In this document: piece after piece, positions 10,057-24,200 of the stretch
Layout of the letters: every line of letters starts with the position of its first letter
Numbering within the stretch: position 1 is the stretch's first letter
Assembly (NCBI GenBank): GCA_043228905.1
Contig: JBHGNT010000001.1
Span: 14,136,001 to 14,200,000, forward strand
DNA: 64,000 nucleotides
Source: Azolla caroliniana
Taxonomy: Eukaryota; Plantae; Polypodiophyta
Direction of reading: 5' to 3'
Position numbers and translations under genes: made by a program
Notes under the pieces: model-generated
The model's database searches: none
The model's input: the letters and a program-made list of their open reading frames with translations, nothing else
Told to the model about the DNA's origin: nothing

Positions 10057-13000
10057 GGCTAACTTAGCGCACTTACCCTTAGAAAATGTCTTAGAATTGT
10101 GAGGTACACGTAAAAATACCTTCTGTCCAGGGTTGAATACACGAGTTTGCCTATGATGATTGGCATAAAAACGCGCTCTATCTTGAGCTGTTTTTATATT
10201 ATCTCATGCAATATGCAACATATCTTGCATATCCCGAAGAAAGTTTTGCGTACTTCGCAACTCATCATGATGCATATTAGCATCAATCGGGGCTCGTGGC
10301 TGAAACCTTACATCAACATAAAAGGACTATATCTCGTTGACGTATGCTTGGAGCTGTTATAAGCAAACTCAAAAATTGGGAGATAACATTCCTATTTTGT
10401 TGGTTTTGTACCAACATATGCTCAAACCATGTCCTCAATAATTTGATTTACTTGTTCTGTCTATCCATAGGATTGAGGATGATCCGTGGAGCTCATGCTC
10501 AACGTAATTTCTAACTTCTTAAAGAATTGTGTCCAGAAGTCACTAGTAAACTTTGGATCTCGATCACTCATGATATCCATCGGTAACTCATAAAAATGAA
10601 ATAACTCATCAACGAATTGGTAAGCCAATTCAGGAGCTGTTACCATGGTTTTAGTAGCAATAAATCTGGCCATTTTAGTTAGTCTATCAACCACAACCCT
10701 AATGGCATCATGGACTTTTTGGGTACGAGGAAGGCTAACAATAAAATCCATGGATATACTTTCCCACTTATTATTGGGAATGTCCAAGGGATGTAAAAGT
10801 CCTGGGGCTTTAAGTCGCTCCGCTTTGTTAACCTGACATTAGTGACATTTAGTCACATAGCTATGTATGTCAGGACACATCTTAGGCCAATAAAATTGAG
10901 TGGAGATGAGAACAACTGTACGATGTATTCCAGGGTGCCCTGCTGAGGGTGCATCATGGCATAAAAAAGAATCCTCTTTTTGACGTCAGGCAAATCTGGA
11001 ACACAAACCTTCCCATTACGGTATAGCAGACTGTTAGCAATGTGGAAGTATTCCTTCAAGGATGTGGTGGTGTCTGTTCCAGACTCAACTCTTGCCCAAT
11101 ATTTGAAAATTAACTGTCATCAGGATACTTTCCTCGAAGGTGATCATAAAGATCTGATGATATTTGAGTGAAGTTAAGCATGTTAACTTCACGGATGCAA
11201 CTTAGTGCATCAGCAACAGTATTCATGGAACCTTTACGATATCGTATGAAAAAATCAAAGTCCTGGATGAGATCAGCCCATCATGCCTTACAACCTTTCA
11301 AGTCTTGTTGGTCACAAAAATATTTCAAGGACTCGTGGTCCGTAGTTACCACAAACCGATTTCCATAAAGATAACGGTGCCATGTTTTGAGCACATGTAT
11401 AACTGCATATAATTCCTTTTCTTGAACGGTATACCGACATTAAGCAGAATCAAGTTTCTTACTCTCGAATGCTATCGGTTTACCATCTTCATATAAGACA
11501 ACACCTATAACATAATCGCTTGCATCGGTTTCAACCTCAAAAGGTTTAGAAGGATCAGGTAAAAGAAGTGAAGGAGCCTTGCACACCAGGTCCTTGAGTT
11601 CCTTAAAGGCGAGGTCTAGTGTAACATTCCACACAATAGGTTTTGTAGAGTTACATGGTTGACCTTTTAGAAGATCAGTAAACGGCGTCGTCAACTGGGA
11701 GTAATTATGAAGGGATTTTCGCAAAAAGCCGACAAAACCAAGGAATGATCGAATTTCTCGATGCGAGAATGATCAATTTCAACTCCTCGTTCGGTTATGA
11801 GATGTCCAAGATAAGTAATTGATTTCTTGAAGAACTCACATTTTGAGATCTTCGCATAAAACGGTTTGTCTCGCAATGTTTGTAAAACAAAGCGAACATG
11901 TTTAACATGTTCTTGTAATGTACGACTATTAACTAAAATATCATCCAAGACAATAGCGACAAATTCTCCAAGTTGTTCTCAGATAATATCATTCATTTCT
12001 TGTTGAAATGTAGCTAGAGCATTGGTCAAACCAAAAGGCATAACCAAAAACTCATAATGGCCATAACGCGTACGAAATGCCATTTTAGGAACATTGTCCT
12101 CACTTATACGAATTTGATGGTAGCCAGTATAGAGATCAAGTTTCGTAAAATACCGAGCTCCCTAGAGACGGTCAATTAGATCGTCAGCCCAGGGCAATGG
12201 ATACGAATTCTTGATCGTCACTTTATTCAAGTGTCCTCTTTCTTTTTAACCAAGAGAACAGGTGCACCCCATGGAGATTTACTACAACGTATATAACCCA
12301 TTCATAAATAGTCCTTGAGTTGCTTAGATACCTCATCCTCTACGGATCGACTTAAGCGATAAGGAGGTATACTTATTGGTGTAACGCCAAGTACAATATC
12401 TATACGATGATCTGGTAGTTCACTCGGAAAAACATCACGAAAATCATTTAAGATTTAATCAAGTTGTTGTTGTTCAAAATATGTTAATTGAACCGAGACA
12501 ATATTGATATTGTAAACGTGAATGTCAAGTACACAATAAAATAGAGTAGAATAAGATAACTCAGATATTGATGGACACGAGGAAACAATTGAGAGGGATT
12601 GTTTTTTGACACATTGAATAAAATGAGTACAATCCTTTAGTACAAAAGTTATTGAATGATGAACCCAATCAATAAATAAAGAAGAGTTTTTATTATAAAA
12701 CCAAGGATAACCCAGTATTACATCGGTGGAACAAATACTTATTACATGGAAGTCTACTTCCTCTAGATAAGTATCAATAGAAATTCCCAATGAATGAATC
12801 GTCTCGTTGATGTATTGTACTCTTCCATCAGCCAAGTGCACTGTATAGGTGTGATCACTTACAGTGGGTTGGATTCCCCATATCTGAACCAAACAATCAT
12901 TGAGAAAGATTAACATTAATCGATATCATTATATCATGTTAACACCCCTCTAGACGTGGGAGATGAGGTTCAAGATCAGGTTAGTATGGTAACACAAAGG

Positions 13001-13649
13001 TGTTTTAAAAACCATGGGGTTGACAATTTAATGTCTTTCCCTGATCTCTATATTGATTTTTTCATGGTGGCTCCTCGAGGCTCAACCATGCATGTTCATG
13101 TCATGAATAGTTTATACACAAAAAAAATGTTAACAATAAACTATGTTTTGGTGCCCACATATGTGGTTTCAGCTCTTTAAGTCCTATTACGATGACCCTG
13201 AAGTGCACATAGAACTTAAGTCTAAACATGTGTTATAGTCATATGTATCAATGATGTTATATGGTCTTGGTTATATTTGAACTTGAGACCTCGAGAACAA
13301 ATACATTAAACACTTGAGCCAACCAAGTAGATTGCTCTTCATTGAATGTTTAATGTTTCATGCATATAAGAGATATGCAAGGCTTTTGCCCATATATGTT
13401 TTTTTAAAAGAAACATATATGTCAAGAGTCTTTATTTCGCCCTCATTTACTACAACTATGTTGGTACGTTAACTAACCTCAAGTCTCGTAATTACGATGG
13501 CATACGCCAAAGTGCAACCTAATGGTCAAGCCAAATGAGCCCTCTTTTCGTAGTAGGCCCACATGGCCCATCACATGGTCACGTCATGACAAATGCCTCA
13601 TAAGAATAATCTCATGGTGGCATCGTATCCATGTAATGAGGGAGGGATG

Positions 13650-16600
13650 TGTTAGGAAACAGGTCCCTCCGGATGAGGAGTACCCGGCTACGGATGACCC
13701 GGTGAGAACCTGATGATGAGTGCCCGACAAGCGCCGGATGATGCAGGCCCAATGAAGAGTGATCACCGGATGAAGGGACATATTCGTAAATATGTTTTTG
13801 AGAGTCCATCGGGGCTATATTTGTAAATAGCCGGAAAGTCATATTAGTATAAATATGACTTAGGGCAAACTGTTGTTTATGGTGTGTGTGTAGTTGTTGT
13901 CATTCTTGTTTTGCGCAAGATTAGAGCGCAACAGTGTACAGAGAGAGAGAGAGAGAAAAAGAAACGAAGAGGTCGTTGCCTCTGATTGTAACCGCCGCCT
14001 GTGGCGAAGATAGTAAGCTCGAGGTCGTGGCCTCGGTGCTTTCTTATTGTACATTCTGACATAGTGATAGTTTGCGGTCTGTGGGCTGTCGTGGTTTTCC
14101 CGAGTTGGGTTTTCCATGTAAACATCCTGTGTACTCTTCTCTCCATTTTTTCGTGCATTCATTCCCGTTTTCTGTCTTTGATTCTAAGCTCGGTTGTGGC
14201 CGAGCGTTGTTCATCGGAGCGTGTAGTTCCTGTCAAGTGGTATCAGAGCGAAATGACACAAAAAATGGACGATTCGTTGGGAGGCATGTTCAAGCTCACC
14301 GGCTGCAACTATTCGGTGTGGAAGTTGAAGATGAGGGACATGCTCGTGGTTAAAGATCTTTGGTTACTGGTTCAGTTTGGGGACAAGAGACCGGACAAAA
14401 TCGATGCCACAATATGGGAGGTGATGCACATGAAGACAACGTCTTACATACGGTGCTTCATCGACATGAGCCTATACAACAACTTCAATGAAGAGAGCAA
14501 GGCTCATGAGCTCTGGGAGAAGATCGACATTATGTTTCAAAACAAAAATGATGTTAATCAGGTTTCGGTATTCCGGAAGCTAGTAAGACTCCGGTACCAA
14601 GATGGTTCTAGCATGGCAGAGCACATGAATGTCTTCCAGGGGCTGATCCACCAAGCAACATCATTGGAAGTACCTCTTGCCGATGAGGTACTAGCACTAC
14701 TCCTGCTTGGTTCCATCCCAGATAGCTGGGAGACGTTGGTTATCACCTTGGGCAACACCGGGCCGGAAGGGAAACGGTTATCCCTAGCAAGAGTGAAGTC
14801 AAGCTTGCTAGATGAGGAGGCGCGTCGGAAAGATAAGGATATGAGCTCCGACTCCAAAGCGCTCCTTACTAAATTAGAACGCGGAAGACATAGAAACCGT
14901 AGTCCCCAGAACCGGGAAAAGTCGGGGACACAGTCAAAATCAAGAGGGGGCCCTACCTGCTTCTATTGTGGCAAGCCAGGACACTTCCAGAAGAACTGTC
15001 AGCATTTCCGAAAAGACAAGGAAACCGACGGTACCGATTCGAAGCGGACACCGGACCGGAACGGTAAAGACCAGAGGGGAACAGACTGGAAGGGAACGGA
15101 CCAGAAGGGAACGACGGCAATCGCGGCAAGTGAAGAAGAGTTGATGCTCATCACTGAGGAGAGTGAGATAAACCTTGCCGGCGACGAGATGACCTGGGTG
15201 GTCAACTCCGGAGCGTCGTTCTAGCTTACCCCGAACCGGAAATGCTTCTCATCCTACTCATCCGGTGATCAGGGTTGTGTCCGGATGGGGAATGAATGTA
15301 CATGCCGAATTGTCGGCATAGGAGACGTGTGGTTGACGACACCAACCGGATGCAAGCAGCTGCTGAAGGATGTCCGACACGTTCTAGAGGTTCGTCTGAA
15401 CCTGATATCAGCCGATCGGCTAGATGATGAAGGCTACACGGGTAGCAGCCGTAATGGTGTTATGAAGTTCAGCAAAGGGAGCCTGATTGTGGCTCGGGCC
15501 CGGAAGGTAAACACACTGTACCTAATGAATGCCCGGTTATGTCCGGAGGAAGTGAACGTTGCATCCGACACTACTGGTGAGCTGTGGCACAAGAGGTTGT
15601 GTCACATGAGTGAGAAGGGGATGAAGAGGCTTGCAGACGACAACCTCATTCCAGTGAAGAACGTGCACTTGGAGAAGTGCACTGATTGTCTGGCTGGTAA
15701 GCAAAACCGGACCTCCTTCCGAACAAGGCCACCGATGAGACGTAATGCACCAGTGGAGTTGGTGCATACTGATGTGTGTCAAGTGGACACGAAGTCACAT
15801 GCAGGATCGCAGTACTTCGTGACGTTCATAGATGACCACAGCCGGAAGCTGTGGGCCACACCGTTGAAGACGAAGGATTAGGTGCTATCCGTCTTCAAAG
15901 AGCTCCACGCGAGAGTGGAAAGAGAAACCGGCCGGAAGCTGAAGGCGGTTCGAGCAAATAATGGAGGTGAATACCGGGGGCAGTTTGAGGAGTACTGTCA
16001 CTCGAAGGGAATCCGGCTCGAATTTACCGTGCCGAAGACGCTCGAACTAAAAAGGCTGGCCGAGAGGATGAACTGGACCATAATGGAGAGGGTCCGGAGT
16101 ATGCTGGCGCATGCAAAACTACCCAAGAAGTTTTGGGCTGAGGCACTGTCGACGGCGACATATGTGATAAACAGATCACACTCAGTACCCTTGGACGGAG
16201 ACACGCCACAAAGAGTCTGGACCGGTAAGGAAGTGTCCTACCGGCATCTGAAGGTATTCGAGTATCTTGCGTATGTGCATGTAGCTAAGGACCAGAGAGG
16301 AAAACTAGATCCAAAGACCCGGCCATGCATATTCCTCGGTTACGGCGATGATGAGTTCGGCTACCGAGTGTGGGACCTGGTCGACAATAAGGTATTCCGG
16401 AGTCGACAATAAGGTATTATCTTCATGGAGGACAAGACGCTCGCTGACTGGGAGTCGGAGAAGAAGATAATGAACTCCAAGTCGACCGGTAAGGATTGAT
16501 TCTACGATGAGCAGACCCAACCGGCAAGAGACCGGTTAGCACTCGAGAAAACAGTCGGTTATGGTGAGGATACCGAACCGGTAGAAGAAGAAGTAGAGGA

Positions 16601-19049
16601 AGCTGAAACCGGAACCGGCCAAGACCCGGAATCGGATTCGGATGAAGAGCAAATGGAGGAGCCGGTTACCGAAGCCCAAAGAGGAGATATCCTCTCAGAG
16701 AGAGAAGGCCCCCCCGGAGATTTCTGGATGCACAACATGTGCTGCTGACCAATGAGGGAGAGCCGGAAAGCTTCGAAGAAGCGAAGGATGGCACCCACAA
16801 CCGCAAATGGTTAAGTGCCATGCAGGATGAGATGGATTCCCTGCATGAGAACCATACGTACAAATTGGTGGAATTGCCGAAAGGAAAGCGGGCACTCCGA
16901 AACAAGTGGGTGTACAAGTTGAAATTGGGAGATGCCGGCAACCCCCCGAGATACAAAGCTAGGATCGTGGTGAAGGGGTTCCAGTAGAAGAATGGCGTGG
17001 ACTTCGACGAGATATTTGCCCCAGTAGTAAAGATGACCTCCATCCGGACGGTGCTGACCATAGTGGCAAGCATGGACCTCGAGGTAGAGCAGTTAGACGT
17101 GAAGACGACGTTCCTCCACGGCGACCTCCAAGAGGAGATCTACAATGCAGCAACCGGAGGGATTTGTGAAGAAAGGGAAGGAGCACCTGCTTTGCCGGTT
17201 GAAGAAGAGCCTCTACGGACTGAAGCAAGCTCCTCGGCAATGGTACCGGAAGTTCGACTCCTTGATGACCGATCAAGGGTACCACAAGACGCAGGCCGAT
17301 CATTGCGTATTTGTGAAGAAGTTTGAAGGTGGAGACTTCCTGACACTCCTCTTGTACGTGGACAACATGTTGATCGTCGGATGGGACCAAGCCAAAATAT
17401 GGATGTTGAAGAAGGCTCTCAACCAAACCTTCACGATGAAAGACTTGGGTCCAGCAAGACAGATGTTGGGGATGCATATCATCTGGAACCGGCCAACGAA
17501 GAAACTATGGCTCTCACAGGAGAAATACGTGACAAAGGTGCTTCAGCGGTTCAACATGTCAGATGCGAAACCGGTCGGATCGACACTTCCGGCAAACTGC
17601 ATGTTATCCGGTAAGCAAATCCTGAAGACGAAAGCAAAGAAGGCGGATATGATGAAGGCTCCATATGCTTGTACCGTCGGGAGCTTAATGTACGCAATGG
17701 TGTGTACCCGACCGGATATAGGATATGCAGTCGGAGTGGTGAGCCGGTTTATGAGCAATCCCGGCAAGGAGCACTGGAACGTGGTCAAATGGATACTCCG
17801 TTACTTGAAGGGCACTTCAAATATGTGTCTCTGATTCAGCTCCGGAAAACCTCAACTTGACGGTTTTACCGATTCGGATATGTCGGCTGATGTGGATACC
17901 AGTCGGTCTACATCCGGGTATGTAATGACATATGCAAGGGGAGCTGTTTCGTGGCAGTCGAGGCTCTAGAAGACGGTTGCGTTGTCAACCATGGAGGCGG
18001 AGTACATGGAGGCTCTGGAAGCCGGCAAGGAAATATTATGGATGAAGGACTTCATCGGAGAGCTCGGTATCTGGCAAGATGAATATCGGCTCTATTGCGA
18101 CAGTCAAAGTGCCATCCACCTTGCTAAGAATGCAGCCTACCATTCCCGGTCGAAGCATATCTAGCGAAGGTATCACTGGATCCGGGAAAGAGTAGATGAC
18201 CAAGAGTTCACGCTGACGAAGATCCACACGGCCGAGAACGGGTCACATATGCTAACCAAAGTACGGACACCTGACAAGCTGGATGCATGTCGGAAGCGGG
18301 TCGGAAGCGGGTCTGACTAGTAAGACACCCCATGCCGGAGTGAAGGGGGAGTTTGTTAGGAAATAGGTCCCTCCGGATAAGGAGTACCCAGCTACAGATG
18401 ACGAAGACCCGGTGAGAACCGGATGAGTACCCGACTACGGATGACCCGGTGAGAACCGGATTATGAAGACCCGGTGAGAACCGGATGAGGAGTACCCGGC
18501 TACGGATGACCCGGTGAGAACCCGATGATGAGTTCCCGACAAGCGCCGGATGATGCAGGCCCGGTGAAGAGTGATCACCGGATGAAGGGACATATTCGTA
18601 AATATGTTTCTAATAGTCCATCGGGGGTATATTTGTAAATAGCCGGAAAGTCATATTAGTGTAAATATGACTTAGGGCAAACTGTTGTTTATGGTGTGTG
18701 TGTGTAGTTGTTGTCATTCTTGTTTTGCGCAAGATTAGAGCACAATAGTGTACAGAGAGAGAGAGAGACAAAAAAATGAAGAGGTCGTTGCCTCTAATTG
18801 TAACCGCCACCTGTGGCGAAGATAGTAAGCTCGAGGTCATGGCCTTGGTGTTTTCTTATTGTACATTCTGACATAGTGATAGTTTGCGGTCTGTGGGTTG
18901 CCGTGGTTTTTTCCGAGGTGGGTTTTCCACGTAAACATCCTGTGTACTCTTCTCTCCATTTTGTCGTGCATTCATTCCCCGTTTTCTGTGTTTGATTCTA
19001 AGCTCGGTTGTGGCCGAGCGTTATTCATTTGAGCGTGTAGTTCCTGTCA
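13650..19049 (+). mobile_element. Full-length Copia-B (Tnt1/Tork-like) with 5-bp TSD GGATG
   Basis: LTRs 13650-14235 and 18354-19049 (TG...CA), PBS 14238-14249, PPT GAAGGGGGAG, TSD 13645-13649 and 19050-19054. Confidence 0.96.
14265..18320 (+). pseudogene. Copia-B gag-pol with several stops and frameshifts
   Basis: CFYCGKPGHFQKNC, integrase ELVHTDVC...[48 protein letters not shown]. Confidence 0.93.
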
Positions 19050-20383
19050 GGATGTTGGATACGTGTGTCATAGGAGCGACCTCACATGAAGTGGGTCAAG
19101 CCCTACGTACTCAAAATCATTATGGTTATAGGCGTTTCTTTACGTAAAGAAATATCGAAGTCACCAACGGGGATTTCAACAATAAAAAATTGTTGAAAAA
19201 AGGGATGGTGACAACGCCATTCTCACAAAAATGTGAGAACGGCCACCAAGATCCTTTTCCCGACAAGGACAACATTCGATAGAAATCATGTAATATCAAA
19301 TATACACATATGTTTATTTATCACATATATACGATCAAATACGTATACATGTGACCACATATGTGTATATTAAACAAATTGTTATATTTAATAGCCAAAA
19401 AATGACGTAATCGAGATATGTCATTGAGGCATATACCTCTACGCACATGACACATCAAAAAATAAGGGTTAATCGTAATACGCAATTGAGGTATTGACCT
19501 CTTACACATACATGACCAAACGCATATCATTTACAATGTATCGAGGTGTTCACCTCATACGCAAACATAACATATGTTTGTGAACGTAATACGCAATTGA
19601 GGTATTAACCTCGTGCGCATACGACACTCATCACATATTCAATATACGTCAAATGAGGTATTGACCTCATACACATATGTAAATGTTTTATACAACCAAT
19701 GAATTACCACTACAACATCATTGAATTAATGAAAAAATAAATCTACATATTAACCATACACATAATTAGATTGGGAGAAGAAAGAATAGAAAAAACAAGA
19801 AAGATTACCGAAGTTCTTTTGTTGATCATTATCTAGATCAAGGACGACCGCACATCGATCGATCACCATCAATCAACAAAACAAAAGACAACAAAAGAAA
19901 CATTAGCACATTAGCTCTGATACCAACTATTAGAGACATAGACTAAAGTAAGCATTAGATAAGGATAGAATATAGATCTAGATAGAAAGGAGAGAGAGAA
20001 AGAAGGCGTGCCGATCCACCCGACCACCTCTGAGCGAAGGGATCGAGATGGACTCGAGCCTCGATCAGCGGCCCATACCACCGTCGTGGCGTCGAGTCGT
20101 ACCTGGTGCTGGCGCGCTCGCTACAAGAGTTGATCCGACATAAGACAAAGTCTCGACCTAGTCAACAAGATGATCAAATGAGGGTAGATAGGCCTCTTAT
20201 TTATAGCGATACCCAAGGCCCCTAGGCAAGTTCACACTTGGCCTAATGGGTTGTCTCAATCCCGAAGATTAAAAGTAATCATCCCCTTCTTTACACTCTC
20301 GTTTAACCCTCACACTTATCCATGTGTATAGAATACTACGGTAAATTCTCACCACGGGATATTATATGGTCATGCCCGTAACA

Positions 20384-21222
20384 TAGCCCCACGGTTTTGT
20401 GGACCGTTTACAGTCCTCAAAGGCTTTGGGTCATCAGCCTATTGTCTCGCTCTTCTCGATGGTGTTCAAATTCTTCTAGTTTCTCATGTGAGTCTTCTAA
20501 AAGAACTTCTAGGTTCTGGCGACAATATAGTTACAATTAAAACTCTGGTTACTTCTGAAGAATTATCTTCTAAACTACATGTACTAGAAAGAATTCTCGA
20601 TGTTAAAAGAAAAAAATTACGTACTAAAGAAATCCGAGAATTTAAAATAAAATGGATGGATAAATCAATAAAAGATTCCACATGGGAACGCGAGCGCGCC
20701 AACACTAGAACTAACTTCCCTAACTTTCCATTGCAAGAGTGCAATGTTTTAAAGAGGGGGGAGTATGTTACAGGCATGACCATATAATATCCCGAGGTGA
20801 GAATTTACAGTAGTATTCTATACACGTGGATAAGTGTGAGGGTTAAACGAGAGTGTAAAGAAGGGGAGGATTACTTTTAATCCTCGAGATTGAGACAACC
20901 CATTAGGCCAAGTGTGAACTTGCTTCAGGGCCTTGGGTATCCCTATAAATAAGAGGCCTAGCTACCCTCATTTCATCTTTTGACTACATCGAGACTCTAG
21001 TTCGTGGTGGTTCAATTCTTGTAGCGAGTGCACCAGCACCAGGTACGACTCGACACCACGGCAGTGGTATGGGACATCGATCGAGGCTCGAGACCGTCTC
21101 GATCCCTTCGCTCGGGGGTGGTCGGGTGGATCGGCACCCTTCTTTCTCTCTATCCTTTCTATGGATCTATCTATCATTCTTTTCTCCTTATCATATACTT
21201 ACATTAGATCATATCTTTAATA
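20384..21222 (+). mobile_element. Chromovirus integrase tail, chromodomain, PPT and 3' LTR (20766-21222)
   Basis: APRFCGPFTVLK...ERILDVK...FKIKWMDKSIKDSTWERE; continues the reading broken at 10057. Confidence 0.92.
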
Positions 21223-24200
21223 GGAACCCATTTACCCATTTTGATAGGATCTCCCTGACAGTGTGCGGACTTGATAAGTTCCATTTTGGTTATCGACTAT
21301 CCAGAATGGTCCTGTCCACCAGAATCAGAGTTTTCCAGGCATGGCCCCCATTCTAGTTTGGAAAACTAAAACTGGCTTTCCTATTGCAAATTGCTTTTGT
21401 GTTTGTCGTCTATGTCAGTCCACGAATGCCTTTGTTTGTTGTTGTTTTTGTTCTAGTTCCGACATAGCTTGAATTCAGCTTTCTTCCAACAACAGTAATT
21501 GTAGTTTCTGGACTTGCTCCGACTGTACTTCGTCCTACCTTTCGGTAACTTGTACTCGGAGCGTCAGAACTTGAAACTCTATTGGCATTACCACTTCTAA
21601 GCCGAATGTCATTCTCAAAGGAGTCAATTTAATGGTTGTCTTATATGAAGTTCGGTATGCCCATAAGGCACTATTTAGCTTTTGATCCCAATCTATCCTA
21701 TTTTCATAAACTATTTTTTTTAGAATCATTTGCAGTGTTTTATTGGTGGATTCTGCGAACCCATATGCTTGAGGGTAATGTGGGGTACTTTTCTTATGTA
21801 CTACTGCATAATATGTGGATAATTCATGCACAATTTTGTTAATGAAATGGGTACCTTGGTCACTTACTAATTCAATAGGACACCCAAATCAACACCAGAT
21901 ATTTTCGTATAGAAATTTGGTTGTGGACGCTGTCGTGTTATCCCGCAAAGGTTTGGCCTCAACCCAATTTGTGCAGTAGTCTGTTGCTACTATAATATAA
22001 TGATTTCCACTCCTTTAAGTTGTTGGCTTAAAGGGCCCAACAAAATCCAATCCTCATTTTTGAAATGGTTCTAAGGGCAAGATGGGTTGAAAGGCATTCT
22101 ATCATTTTCTATTGGTTGTCTGATTCTTTGGAATAAATCACATTGTCGACAATATTCAACTGCATCTTTTACAGTTGTGGTCGGCCACCATAACCCACTA
22201 CTCCATATTTTTCTAGCCGTTGCTTCCCCTACATAATGTCCACCAACCACGCCACAGTGAGTTTCTCATAGGATTACTTCTTTCTCGAACTGTCAAACTG
22301 TGTGTTGCGAAATTCCATCAGCCCCCTTGTGGTATAGTGTTATTTAGAAGATAAAATTTTGACTTCGAACAGCTAGTCGTTTCCTTTCATCTATTGACAT
22401 ATGATCGGGTGGTAACCTTGTTGTGAGGAAAATTGTCATTTCTGTGATCCACGCATAAGAGGTTTCATCATTCATCTTGTGAACCGGTATTGTGTCAACC
22501 CGAAAAAGTTGTCCATCTAGAAAATCATCTTGTAGTCTTGTTCCTTCTTCTCCCGATTCCAAATGGCTAAGGTAGTCCGCCACAACATGTTGTACCCTTG
22601 GTCATTGAAGGATGTCGAATTCAAACTCTTGAACTAGCAACGTCCAACTTGCTAATTTGCCTGTAAGTTCTTGCTTTGAGACTAAATACAGTAAAGTAGA
22701 ATGATCAACATGAAAGGTGAACTTCCACCCCAAAAGGTAATGTACGAATTTATTAATATTGTACACCACTCCCAAAGCTTCCCGATCCGTTGTTGAATAA
22801 TTCCGCTCAGTTGTGGATAGTTTCTGACTAGGATAATATACCGGTCTATACCAGTTCAATTCCGACAAGTGCATTAGGGAGCCCCCAATTCCTACATACG
22901 ATGAATCAAGGAACACATGAAATGATTTGTTCCAGTTAGGAGGTTGCACGACTGGAACCTTAGAGAGCATTTTCTTTAGACAGTTGTACACATCTTGTTC
23001 GACCGTCGTCCACTAAAAAGGTGTTCTATGTACTGATGTATGCAATAACATTACAACATCGGCAAGGTACCTAATCATCCGACTATGCCATCTTATTTGA
23101 CCTAAGAACCGACTAAGGGCTTTTGCATTTGTTGGTGTTCATGCCTCCATGATTGCTTTGACTTTATCTGGGTCAACGACTATGCCTTCTTGACACACAA
23201 TATGCCCCATTAATGCGCCAATTGTTATTCCGAATGCACATTTAGTTGGATTTAGGCTAAGCTGACCTTGTTGACAGTGTTCCAAACACAATCTTAAATG
23301 TTCAAAGTGTGTTGTTTTCCGATTGTAGACAACAAAATCATCTAGGAAGACTTGCATGAATGCAGGAATATAATCATTAAAAATTTCTTGTATTAAACCA
23401 TTTGAAATGTGGCCAAAGCTATTTTTAACCCAAACATCATTACCACTACCACAAATATTCCCCATTCTGTTACAAAAGCCGTTTTTTCTTGATCATCCAG
23501 ATGCATTCTTACTTGGTTGTAGCCACTGAATCCGTCTAAAAAACTATAAATTTCGTGTCCAACCACTACATCCAAGACTCCGTCGGTAAAGGGTAGTGGA
23601 AACACATATGTTACAGTAGCTACATTAAGTTTCCGGTAGTCGACACAAACCCGAATTTCGCCGTTTTTGTTTGGTACTACCACGATTGGACTTAACCACG
23701 TTGCCTTTTTAACCCGTCTTATAAATTTGACTTTGAGTAATTTATCGATCTCTTCTTTCACTTTGACTGCATAGTTTGGGTTTAACCGATATCGTCGTTG
23801 TTGAACTGGCTTTGCGTCTCTCTGAAGATTGATTTGATGCTGACAGAATGTTGGATGTAATCCTTTCATGTCTTCAAATGACTAGGCGAATACATCTTTA
23901 TATTGTTTGAATAAGGTTATGAGTCGTTCTTTATCAGATGATAGCATTTCCTTGGCAATCAGTATGCTTTTTGGCTCAAGCCCCTTACCGTCGTCATTTA
24001 TTTCCTCCAGTGCCAAAGCTTGAACTCTTTGAGATACCTACATTTCTTTTTCTGTAGCTTCTTGTTGGAGACGAATTTCCTTCATCGTTTGATCATCTAT
24101 TGGAATGTCTTCATGCTTATTTTCGACATATGATGTAAGAGCCTGCAAAATGTCGACCTCAAATAAAGGAATAATTTTTGGATTATCATTGAAATAGTGA

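Larger units (their letters stand above)
10057..20383 (-). mobile_element. Inverted chromovirus segment: 5' LTR, PBS, ~1.6-kb leader, gag deleted, PR-RT-RH-integrase ending mid-integrase; interrupted by Copia-B
   Basis: LTR 20383-19928, PBS 19925-19914, RT DDILV (11948), RH FEVETDASDY, IN WESISMDFI...SDRDPKFTS; ends KCAKLA at 10057. Confidence 0.9.

Noticed and set aside
14001-14264. N-terminal extension of ORF 14001-15224
   Set aside because: Reads through LTR and PBS; the real Gag start is likely MDDSLGG at 14265
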